Origin: Bacteroidaceae bacterium
GTDB lineage: Bacteria > Bacteroidota > Bacteroidia > Bacteroidales > Bacteroidaceae
Direction: 5' to 3'
Length of the DNA stretch: 64,000 bases
NCBI GenBank assembly: GCA_016280445.1
Contig: JAEEGS010000040.1
Coordinates: 53,998 to 117,997 of the forward strand
Shown piece after piece: positions 1 to 8,226 of the stretch (the first letter of the stretch is position 1; each line of letters begins with the position of its first letter). A program made the position numbers and the translations under genes. Under the pieces are notes generated by a model that was not told the origin of the DNA, ran no database searches, and worked only from the letters and a program-made list of their open reading frames with translations.

Positions 1-221
1 ACATCTTTGGCACCCTGAAGCCCGTCATTGTGGGACTTCTGGCGGCAGCAGCCATCATGTTGATGTCGAAAGAAAACTTTGGCAACCCGTCTGAATCTCC
101 GTTTGTGTTTGTGTTGAGTGTGGCGATTTTCCTGTTGGCATTTGTGGGAACAAGACTTTATAAGGTGCATCCCATCATCATGATTCTTTTGTGCGGATTG
201 GCTGGGTTGCTCATTTATTGA
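1..221 (+). CDS. C-terminal fragment of a polytopic membrane protein, chromate-transporter (ChrA)-like; the 5' end lies outside the window
   Basis: The frame is open from the window edge (IFGTLKPVIVGLLAAAAIMLM...). There are two hydrophobic helices. The family call rests only on remembered resemblance to ChrA C-termini. Confidence 0.4.
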   Translation, partial: IFGTLKPVIVGLLAAAAIMLMSKENFGNPSESPFVFVLSVAIFLLAFVGTRLYKVHPIIMILLCGLAGLLIY

Positions 222-231
222 CGAAAGAGGG

Positions 232-1491
232 ATGAAACCACAAAGAATGATGGGCGAGGAGGTGAAGACATACCAGTTTGAGAATGGTTTGCGGTTGATA
301 CAAATACCTTCTCCAACCAACGTGGCGTACTGCGGCATCAGCATCGATGCGGGAACACGCGATGAGAAAGCAGGTGAGGAGGGAATGGCGCACTTCTGCG
401 AACACATGATGTTCAAAGGAACGAACAACCGAAAAGCGTGGCACATCATCAACAGGATGGAAGCAGTAGGGGGAGACCTTAACGCCTACACGAACAAGGA
501 AGAGACGGTGATGTATGCTGCCTTCATGAAAGAGCACTTCCAGCGGGCAGCGGAACTCATCTTCGACATCGTGTTTCACAGCACCTATCCACAGCACGAG
601 ATTGACAAAGAGCGTGAAGTGATTGTGGACGAAATAGAGAGTTACAACGATACTCCTGCCGACCTCATCTTCGACCGCTTCGAGGATATCATCTACGAAG
701 GCAACAGCCTCGGACATGACATTCTTGGCACAGCAGAGAACATACGAGGGTTTGTGTCGGCCGATGCATTGAAGTTTACCAAACGGCTTTATCGCCCTGA
801 GAAGATGGTGTTCTTCCTCTTCGGCAATGTGGCATTTGAACAGGTGAAGAAAGTGGTGCGGAAATGCCTCAAGAGTATCCAGATGCCAACGGAACCGACA
901 CACGCTGAATGTGCCGAAACAAGTGAGCCATTCACACCACACCCCGGCATCTTCACAGAAGAGCGTGGCACCCACCAAGCCCACGTGATGATAGGCAGGG
1001 CTGCCTACGGCTCGAAGAACGATAAGCGCATCGCCCTCTATTTCCTCAACAACATCCTCGGTGGGCCAGGCATGAACTCACGGCTGAATGTTGCACTGAG
1101 AGAACAAAAAGGATTGGTTTACACCGTAGAGAGCACACTGACCAACTACACCGACACCTCCACATGGGCCATCTACTTTGGATGCGATGCAGAGGACGTA
1201 CAGAAGTGCCTGAAGACCGTGCGGAAGGAGTTGGACAAACTGATGAACGAGCCACTCACCGAACGCTCCTTCCGTGCAGCGCTGAAGCAGTTGAAAGGGC
1301 AAATCGGTGTGGCATGCGACAACTTCGAGAACTATGCCCTCGATATGGCCAAAGCGTACCTCCACTACAACAAGTTCGAGGGACAGAAAGATACCATCGA
1401 GCATCTGGAGAAAGTGACACCACAACTCCTGCAGGAAGTGGCACGCGAGATATTCGACGAAAAAAATTTAACAACCCTGATTTTCAGATAA
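232..1491 (+). CDS. M16 (pitrilysin/insulinase) family zinc peptidase
   Basis: 419 aa with the inverted zinc motif HxxEH (HFCEHMMFKG) near the N-terminus. Length and layout are typical of M16. Confidence 0.85.
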   Translation: MKPQRMMGEEVKTYQFENGLRLIQIPSPTNVAYCGISIDAGTRDEKAGEEGMAHFCEHMMFKGTNNRKAWHIINRMEAVGGDLNAYTNKEETVMYAAFMKEHFQRAAELIFDIVFHSTYPQHEIDKEREVIVDEIESYNDTPADLIFDRFEDIIYEGNSLGHDILGTAENIRGFVSADALKFTKRLYRPEKMVFFLFGNVAFEQVKKVVRKCLKSIQMPTEPTHAECAETSEPFTPHPGIFTEERGTHQAHVMIGRAAYGSKNDKRIALYFLNNILGGPGMNSRLNVALREQKGLVYTVESTLTNYTDTSTWAIYFGCDAEDVQKCLKTVRKELDKLMNEPLTERSFRAALKQLKGQIGVACDNFENYALDMAKAYLHYNKFEGQKDTIEHLEKVTPQLLQEVAREIFDEKNLTTLIFR

Positions 1492-1494
1492 CAA

Positions 1495-2424
1495 ATGAGA
1501 AAAATAATTGGAATCGGAGAAACCATTCTCGACATCATTTTCAAGGACGAACAACCCACCGTCGCCGTGCCGGGAGGCTCCACATTCAACGGCCTCATCT
1601 CCCTGGGACGCATGGGGTTGCCCACCACCATGATTACCGAGACAGGAAATGACCGCGTCGGTCGAACCATCAAGCAATTCATGGAAGAAAATGGTGTTGA
1701 CAGCACCCACGTCTGCATGTACGAAGACGGACGCACCGCCATCTCGCTCGCCTATCTGAACGAGCGTAACGATGCCGAATACACCTTCTACAAAGACTAT
1801 CCCAAGGCAAGGCTCGACGTGGCATGGCCAGCAGTGAACAAAGACGACCTGGTGATGATGGGCTCCTATTTCGTGCTCAACCCCGCATTGAGAACCAAGG
1901 TGAAAGAATTTCTCGACTATGCCACCCAGCAAGGTGCACTCATCTACTACGACATCAACTTCCGTTCCTCTCACGCATCCGAGGCCATCAAACTCTACTC
2001 CACCATCTTGGAGAACTTCGATTGCGCCAGCATCGTGCGAGGCTCCACCGAGGATTTTCAGAACATGTTCCGTCTCACCGACCCCGAAAAGGTGTACAAG
2101 CAAGAGGTGAAGTACCATTGCCAGCAGATGCTCTGCACCGATGCAGATGGCGAGATAAGCCTTTTCTCACCCAGCGTGACCAAACAGTATAAAGTCAACA
2201 AAATACAAACCGTCTCCACTATTGGAGCAGGCGACAACTTCAACGCAGGCATCATTTTCGGTTTGATGACCGAAAACGTACACCGTGATGACCTTCCCAC
2301 CCTCAGCGAGGCACAATGGGATCGTATCATTGCCCACGGCACCGCCTTTGCCGCTGAAGTGTGTCAAAGTTTCAACAACTCTATCAGTAAAGAATTTGCA
2401 AAGAATTATGGAAGAAAACAATGA
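1495..2424 (+). CDS. PfkB-family carbohydrate kinase (fructokinase-like)
   Basis: 309 aa. It has the N-terminal GG motif (VPGGSTFN) and the C-terminal PfkB signature TIGAGDNFNAG. Confidence 0.8.
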   Translation: MRKIIGIGETILDIIFKDEQPTVAVPGGSTFNGLISLGRMGLPTTMITETGNDRVGRTIKQFMEENGVDSTHVCMYEDGRTAISLAYLNERNDAEYTFYKDYPKARLDVAWPAVNKDDLVMMGSYFVLNPALRTKVKEFLDYATQQGALIYYDINFRSSHASEAIKLYSTILENFDCASIVRGSTEDFQNMFRLTDPEKVYKQEVKYHCQQMLCTDADGEISLFSPSVTKQYKVNKIQTVSTIGAGDNFNAGIIFGLMTENVHRDDLPTLSEAQWDRIIAHGTAFAAEVCQSFNNSISKEFAKNYGRKQ

Positions 2425-4522
2425 AATGTTACAAGAAATTGTAGAAAACCCGGAAAATCTGAATAGTCAGGAAAATCCCGCAGAGAACCCACAACAACCC
2501 ATAGAGGATGCCTTCACCAAGACAGGCACAACTTTCGAAGAACTGGGTGTTTCGGGCGAAATACTCCAGGCCATCCAAGAGATGGGCTACGTGGCCCCCA
2601 TGCCCGTACAGGAAAAAGTGATACCTTACCTCCTCGGCCACAACAACGACGTAGTGGCACTGGCTCAGACGGGAACAGGCAAGACTGCCGCATACGGTTT
2701 ACCCGTACTGCAAAAGATTGACACCAGTCGCACCGACACCCAAGCCATCATCATGGCACCCACTCGCGAACTCTGTCTTCAAATCACCGACGATTTGAAA
2801 GACTATTCCAAGTATATCAAAGGGCTCCACGTGCTGGCCGTGTATGGCGGTGCCAGCATTGAGCCACAAATCCGTGCCCTGAAAAAAGGAGTACAAGTGA
2901 TTGTTGCCACCCCCGGACGACTGGTCGATTTGATGGAACGCAAGGTAGCGAAACTTGGAACTGTGGAAAATGTCGTGCTCGACGAGGCCGACGAGATGCT
3001 CAACATGGGCTTCTCTGAGAGCATCGACACCATCCTGGCAGGCGTGCCAGCCGAGCGAAACACGCTCCTTTTCTCTGCCACCATGAGCAAAGAGATAGAG
3101 CGCATCTCGAAGAATTACCTGCACGATGCCAAGGAAATCGTGGTGGGTAGCCGCAACGAAGGTGCAGAACACGTGAATCACATCTACTATATGGTCAGTG
3201 CCCGCGATAAGTACAATGCCCTGAAACGTGTGGCCGACTACTATCCAGAGATATACGCCATCATCTTCTGTCGCACCCGCATGGAGACACAGGAGATTGC
3301 CGACAAACTCATCAAGGACGGCTACAACGCCGAATCCCTGCACGGTGAACTCTCACAGGCACAACGTGACCTCACCATGCAGAAGTTCCGCCAGCACCGT
3401 GTGCAACTGCTCGTTGCCACCGACGTGGCTGCCCGTGGTTTGGATGTGGATGAACTCACCCACGTGATTAACTACGGTTTGCCCGACGACATCGAGAGTT
3501 ACACCCACCGTTCGGGACGTACAGGCCGTGCAGGTCGTTCCGGCACCTCCATCTCCATCATCCACGTGAAGGAGAAGGGAAAGGTGCGTGCCATCGAACA
3601 GCAGATACAGAAGAAATTTGTGCCTGGCATCCTGCCGACAGGTCAGGAAATCTGCGCCAAGCAACTCTATAAGGTCATCGACGACATCGAGAAGGTGGAA
3701 GTGGACGAAGAAGAAATCGCTCCGTTCCTTCCTGAGGTGTACCGCAAGTTCGACATGATGGAGAAGGAAGACCTCATCAAGCGCATGGTGTCGATGGAGT
3801 TCAACACCTTCCTCAACTACTACAAGAATGCTCCTGAAATCATCCAGCCATCGGAGAAGGGCGACCGTCATAGCGACAAGGCCAACGGGATGGGAGAGAA
3901 GCGGAGCCGAAGCGACCGCCGTAGTCGTGGTGGCGAACGTTCCCGCATGGCCGAGGCAGGCTATACGCGCCTCTTCATCAATCTGGGCAAGAAAGACGGC
4001 ATCAATCCTAAAGTCTTCATGGGCTTCATCAACCGCGTGGCACAGGGCACACATATTGACCTCGGACGCATCGACCTCATGCAGAACTTCTCGTTCTTCG
4101 AAGTGCCGGAAGGGCAGACAAAGACCGTTCTGAATGTGCTTCAAGGCAGCGATTTCGATGGTCGCAGAGTGAATGTGGAAGTGACCGACCAAGCCGAAGG
4201 CCAGCGCGCCCCCAAGAAGGGTGGAAATGGGCGACAGGAAGAAGGTTTCCGTTCCGTAAGAGGCGCACGCACCAATCGTGGAGAAAGAGGTGGCAGGAAA
4301 GGCGACAGCCATCGTGGCCGTAACGACTTCCAGCATGATGAGAAGAAGTCGAAGAAGGGTAGTGGAGTCATTCGTGGTGCGGCTGCCAAACCCTCGCGGG
4401 AGGAACGTGGCTACACGGCAGAACGCGGTCCTAAAGGCGCAGCCGAATGGGCAAAGTTCTTTGAAGGACAGGTGGAGTCACAACCCTTCTATGAGAATTT
4501 CAAGAAAAAGAAGAAAAAATAA
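2408..4522 (+). CDS. DEAD-box ATP-dependent RNA helicase with a C-terminal RNA-binding, RG/K-rich tail
   Basis: Motifs AQTGTGKT, VLDEADEM (DEAD), SAT and HRSGRTGRAG are present. The start is moved to ATG 2408 (MEENNEML) because the track start at 2285 lies inside the upstream kinase gene. The tail is rich in R/G and ends in KKKKKK. Confidence 0.9.
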   Translation: MEENNEMLQEIVENPENLNSQENPAENPQQPIEDAFTKTGTTFEELGVSGEILQAIQEMGYVAPMPVQEKVIPYLLGHNNDVVALAQTGTGKTAAYGLPVLQKIDTSRTDTQAIIMAPTRELCLQITDDLKDYSKYIKGLHVLAVYGGASIEPQIRALKKGVQVIVATPGRLVDLMERKVAKLGTVENVVLDEADEMLNMGFSESIDTILAGVPAERNTLLFSATMSKEIERISKNYLHDAKEIVVGSRNEGAEHVNHIYYMVSARDKYNALKRVADYYPEIYAIIFCRTRMETQEIADKLIKDGYNAESLHGELSQAQRDLTMQKFRQHRVQLLVATDVAARGLDVDELTHVINYGLPDDIESYTHRSGRTGRAGRSGTSISIIHVKEKGKVRAIEQQIQKKFVPGILPTGQEICAKQLYKVIDDIEKVEVDEEEIAPFLPEVYRKFDMMEKEDLIKRMVSMEFNTFLNYYKNAPEIIQPSEKGDRHSDKANGMGEKRSRSDRRSRGGERSRMAEAGYTRLFINLGKKDGINPKVFMGFINRVAQGTHIDLGRIDLMQNFSFFEVPEGQTKTVLNVLQGSDFDGRRVNVEVTDQAEGQRAPKKGGNGRQEEGFRSVRGARTNRGERGGRKGDSHRGRNDFQHDEKKSKKGSGVIRGAAAKPSREERGYTAERGPKGAAEWAKFFEGQVESQPFYENFKKKKKK

Positions 4523-4530
4523 AATAGATT

Positions 4531-6351
4531 ATGGACAGTTACAATTGGCTTGACACCTATCAGCGCATCAACAGCGACTTTCCCACCAAGGATGCACGTC
4601 CCATCATTGGCATCACAGGCAACTACGACAAGGAGACCTGCACATTGGCTGAAGGTTACTACCAGTCGGTGCTGAAGGCAGGAGGCATCCCCTTCATCAT
4701 CCCTCCTTTCTTCGAGACAGATCGCCTTGGCGAACTACTCGACCGTCTGGATGGCATCCTCTTCAGCGGTGGTGGCGACATCAATCCGCTGCTGTTGGGT
4801 GAGGAGCCAATCAAGGAACTCCATAGCATCACTCCTGAGCGCGACCAGCAGGAACTGTTGTTGGCCCGTTTGGCGTATGACCGTCAAATCCCCATACTGG
4901 GCATCTGCAAGGGCATCCAAATCATCAATGCAGCCCTTGGCGGAACGCTCTATCAGGACATCCACACACAGATGGAGGGCACGCGCATCAAGCACAGCCA
5001 AGACGAAGACAGGCGTTATCCGTCGCATCAGGTGAGCCTCACGAAAGGCTCCATCCTCGCGAAACTCTTTGGCACGGAACTGGCTGTCAATTCCTTCCAT
5101 CATCAGGCCTGCAAAGAGGCTGCTCCAGGGCTGAAAGTGACAGCCATGAGTGCTGATGGTGTGATTGAAGCCATCGAAAGCAACGAGTTCAAGTCCATCA
5201 TGGGCGTGCAATGGCACCCCGAGACCTACATACTGCGCGGTTGCACCGACATGCTGCCCATCTTCGAGTGGCTTGTGGGCGAAAGTGCCGACTTCAAACG
5301 CGCCAAGAAACTGCACGCCAAGATACTCACGCTCGACAGCCATTGCGACACACCCATGTTCTTCCATCAGGGCATCAACTTCGCATCGCGCGACTCCAAG
5401 ATTCTGGTGGATCTCCACAAGATGACTGAGGGGCACCTCGATGCCACCATCATGGTAGCCTATCTGGAGCAGCAGGAGCGTGACGAAGCATCGCTGGAGA
5501 ACGCAACCGCCAAAGCCAACCAAATCCTCACCCAAATCGAGGAACTGACGGCACAGAACTGCACGGCTGTCGATATCGCTTACACACCCGACGATCTCTG
5601 GCGACTGAAGCGAGAGGGCAAACGCGCCATCATGCTCGGCATCGAGAACGGCTATGCCATCGGTAAGGACATCCGCAACGTCGAGGCATTCCGCAAGCGC
5701 GGCGTGGTGTACATGACCCTCTGCCACAATGGTGACAACGACCTCTGCGACTCCGCACGCGGCAACCACGAACATGGCGGTGTGAGCCCCTTTGGCGCAC
5801 AAGTCATCGGCGAGATGAACCGTGTGGGCATGATGGTCGACCTCAGCCATGCAGCCGAAGAGAGTTTCTACGATGCCCTCAGCATCAGCAAGACCCCCAT
5901 CGTGTGCAGCCACTCCTCTGCCCGTGCCCTGTGCGACCATCCACGCAATCTGACCGATGCCCAGATGCGCGCACTCGCCAATGCTGGCGGTGTGGCACAG
6001 GTGACGCTTTATCACGGGTTCCTGGTCAAGGATTCGGTCGATTACAATCCACAAAACGTGCTTCGTTCTTTCGAATCGCCCACCAACGGTGTAACCGAAG
6101 CCACCATCCTCGATGCCATCGAGCATCTCAACCACATGGTGAACGTGATGGGCATCGAGCACGTGGGCATCGGCACCGATTTCGACGGCGACGGAGGCAT
6201 TCGTGGCTGTGCATCGGCCAGCGAACTCATCAACTTCACCCGTCGCCTGCTCCGCGAACGCTACAGCGAAGAGCAGATACAGATGATTTGGGGCGGCAAC
6301 TTCCTCCGTGTGATGAGAGAGGTACAAGGCTTCCCAGCATCATCCAACTGA
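4531..6351 (+). CDS. Fusion protein: peptidase C26 / class-I glutamine amidotransferase-like hydrolase (N) plus M19 membrane-dipeptidase-like domain (C)
   Basis: N-terminal half: GICKGIQIIN (nucleophile Cys) and VQWHPE (His/Glu). C-terminal half: LDSHCDTP, CSHSSARAL and GIGTDFDG, typical of renal-dipeptidase (M19) enzymes. Confidence 0.8.
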   Translation: MDSYNWLDTYQRINSDFPTKDARPIIGITGNYDKETCTLAEGYYQSVLKAGGIPFIIPPFFETDRLGELLDRLDGILFSGGGDINPLLLGEEPIKELHSITPERDQQELLLARLAYDRQIPILGICKGIQIINAALGGTLYQDIHTQMEGTRIKHSQDEDRRYPSHQVSLTKGSILAKLFGTELAVNSFHHQACKEAAPGLKVTAMSADGVIEAIESNEFKSIMGVQWHPETYILRGCTDMLPIFEWLVGESADFKRAKKLHAKILTLDSHCDTPMFFHQGINFASRDSKILVDLHKMTEGHLDATIMVAYLEQQERDEASLENATAKANQILTQIEELTAQNCTAVDIAYTPDDLWRLKREGKRAIMLGIENGYAIGKDIRNVEAFRKRGVVYMTLCHNGDNDLCDSARGNHEHGGVSPFGAQVIGEMNRVGMMVDLSHAAEESFYDALSISKTPIVCSHSSARALCDHPRNLTDAQMRALANAGGVAQVTLYHGFLVKDSVDYNPQNVLRSFESPTNGVTEATILDAIEHLNHMVNVMGIEHVGIGTDFDGDGGIRGCASASELINFTRRLLRERYSEEQIQMIWGGNFLRVMREVQGFPASSN

Positions 6352-6372
6352 AGAAAGCCCATTTGCTTTCGT

Positions 6373-6471
6373 TTCATTGCCTCTGAATCGGTGTGAGTCA
6401 CACCGAGGTAGGCGGTCTGAGTCACACCGACCCCCTCGGTGTGACTCAGACCGTTTTTGAGGTTGTGGAAG
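6373..6471. repeat. Family A palindromic intergenic element, copy A1
   Basis: An 18-bp perfect hairpin, CGGTCTGAGTCACACCGA (6413-6430) / TCGGTGTGACTCAGACCG (6436-6453), with loop CCCCC. It is preceded by the dyad CGGTGTGAGTCACACCG (6389-6405). The degenerate ends are ...CATTGCCTCTGAA / TTTTTGAGGTTGTGGAAG. Confidence 0.85.
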
Positions 6472-6698
6472 TATCGTCGATGCGGTTGTTACACGAACGT
6501 ACTTTTATCAGTTCCACTCCTTCTGTTCAACCTGCAACGACCTCTGCCAACCGATCAGTGGATAATCACCTCACTTCGACAACAGTTTTATATTTCAAAT
6601 GTCATAAATATTGTTCATTTTCCACCTTTTCGGAACAAAAAGCAAAAAAAAAACATATTTAAGGAAACAGAAAATACCCGATATATGAAACATATGGT

Positions 6699-6706
6699 TA
6701 ATTTTG
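6699..6706 (+). promoter_or_regulatory. Bacteroidota -7 promoter box TAatTTTG upstream of the GH13 gene
   Basis: Exact match to the TAnnTTTG consensus, 10 nt before ATG 6716. Confidence 0.55.
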
Positions 6707-6715
6707 CAACTGAGA

Positions 6716-7861
6716 ATGAAAAAAGGACTGCATATGAAAAACTGGTTTGACAACATCCGAATCTATCATCTGCTGATTGACAGATTCAACGGAAACTGGC
6801 AGACACTGCCAAAGAGCGAGAACGTTTTCTGCGGGGGAACCCTGCAGGGAGTGATTGAGAAACTTGATTACATCAAGAGCCTCGGCTTCACGGCCATCAT
6901 GCACTCGCCCATCTTCACGTCGGCTAACTATCACGGGTATCACACCCTGAATTTCGACGAAGTTGACCCCCATTTCGGCACGTGGGAAGACTACCAGCAG
7001 TTGCTCGACCAGGCACACGAGAAGGGGCTGCGGATTATCTGCGACTTTGTGCCCAACCATTGCTGGTATCAGGCACCCATCTTTGCACAGTCGCTGCTCG
7101 CAAACGGCGGAAAGCATCGCGACTGGTTCTTCTATCCCAAGGAAGACAGCGACGAATTTGTCTCGTTCTTAGGCTTTGGCGACCTGCCCAAATTCAATCT
7201 GACAAACCCAGAAGTGGTCAGTTTCATGATTGAAAAAGCGGAAAAACTGGCTCGAATGGGAGTGGATGCATTCCGCATCGACCACGCTTTGGGACAGCCG
7301 TTCCCTTTCCTGCAAACCCTTCGTGAGCACTTACAGGCCATCCGTAGCGACATCGTCGTGTTCGGCGAAGTATGGGCGTTCGGCATCGGTCCCCAACTGG
7401 CTAGCCAACTGTACTTCAAGACAACGGACAGACGGAACGAGTTCCTTGCGCAAGACACCGTGCCCTTCAGTCAAGACGACCTGCAAGCCGACTACGTAGG
7501 CACACTGGATGGTGTCCTCGACTTTGCCTATCGCGATATCCTCTTGGAAGAAATACGGGCAGGAAGAGGCATCCGCGGCAATCAGACCCTGCGCAGCAAG
7601 GTAGAGGCACATTTCGCCAAATATCCAGCCGACTTCAAACTCGTCCTGTTCCTGGATAATCACGACACCGACAGAATCCTGTTCGACTGCCACGACAACG
7701 TGAACCTCATGCAAGAAGCCATTGAGTTCACGAAAGAACTGTCCAAACCCTTCTCTTTCCTCTATGGAACAGAGCAGTTGATGACCATTAAGTCCACTAT
7801 CTTCAATGCCGAACCGTACGCCGACCTTCGTGTGCGCTGTTGCATGGATTGGTCGCGTTAA
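6716..7861 (+). CDS. GH13 alpha-amylase-family enzyme (short, apparently cytoplasmic)
   Basis: Conserved GH13 regions DAFRIDHALG (nucleophile), VFGEVWA (acid/base) and FLDNHDTDR. The start is set after the promoter box; ATG 6734 is an alternative. Confidence 0.8.
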   Translation: MKKGLHMKNWFDNIRIYHLLIDRFNGNWQTLPKSENVFCGGTLQGVIEKLDYIKSLGFTAIMHSPIFTSANYHGYHTLNFDEVDPHFGTWEDYQQLLDQAHEKGLRIICDFVPNHCWYQAPIFAQSLLANGGKHRDWFFYPKEDSDEFVSFLGFGDLPKFNLTNPEVVSFMIEKAEKLARMGVDAFRIDHALGQPFPFLQTLREHLQAIRSDIVVFGEVWAFGIGPQLASQLYFKTTDRRNEFLAQDTVPFSQDDLQADYVGTLDGVLDFAYRDILLEEIRAGRGIRGNQTLRSKVEAHFAKYPADFKLVLFLDNHDTDRILFDCHDNVNLMQEAIEFTKELSKPFSFLYGTEQLMTIKSTIFNAEPYADLRVRCCMDWSR

Positions 7862-7908
7862 ACATCGTTCGCAAGATTCAATAACCTAAAACCAATAAGC
7901 AATATACG

Positions 7909-8220
7909 ATGAACATAGAAAGTTACAAATTAGGGGAAAGGCTGGACTCATTCAACTACCAAGAAGTGCGAAATGACATTCTGGCCATTCTGGAGAAAGG
8001 ATGTAGTGCTGTGCTTGATATGACCGCCTGCAATTACATTTCCAGTACGGGCTTGCGTGTGTTGCTCTATTCCAAAAAGATGGCAGCATCGAAAGAACTG
8101 AAACTCTATCTGGTGGGCTTGAATGCCGATGTCAAAGACATTATGAATGTGACAGGCTTCGACCTATTCTTTGATTCTTTCTGCACGATGGATGAATGCC
8201 TGCAGGCCATTAAAAATTGA
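7909..8220 (+). CDS. STAS-domain anti-sigma-factor antagonist (SpoIIAA/RsbV-like)
   Basis: 103 aa with a STAS-like pattern and a candidate phospho-serine motif, NYISSTGLRVLL. Confidence 0.75.
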   Translation: MNIESYKLGERLDSFNYQEVRNDILAILEKGCSAVLDMTACNYISSTGLRVLLYSKKMAASKELKLYLVGLNADVKDIMNVTGFDLFFDSFCTMDECLQAIKN

Positions 8221-8226
8221 TAAAAT

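Noticed and set aside
2285-2407. Upstream start for the DEAD-box helicase (track ORF start 2285)
   Set aside because: The extension lies entirely inside the PfkB kinase gene in another frame. ATG 2408 gives a typical helicase N-terminus.
6389-6453. The repeated GGT(G/C)TGAGTCACACC boxes as a mini CRISPR array
   Set aside because: There are only three boxes per locus with 6-9-nt spacers. The boxes are palindromic and mutually inverted, and there are no cas genes.
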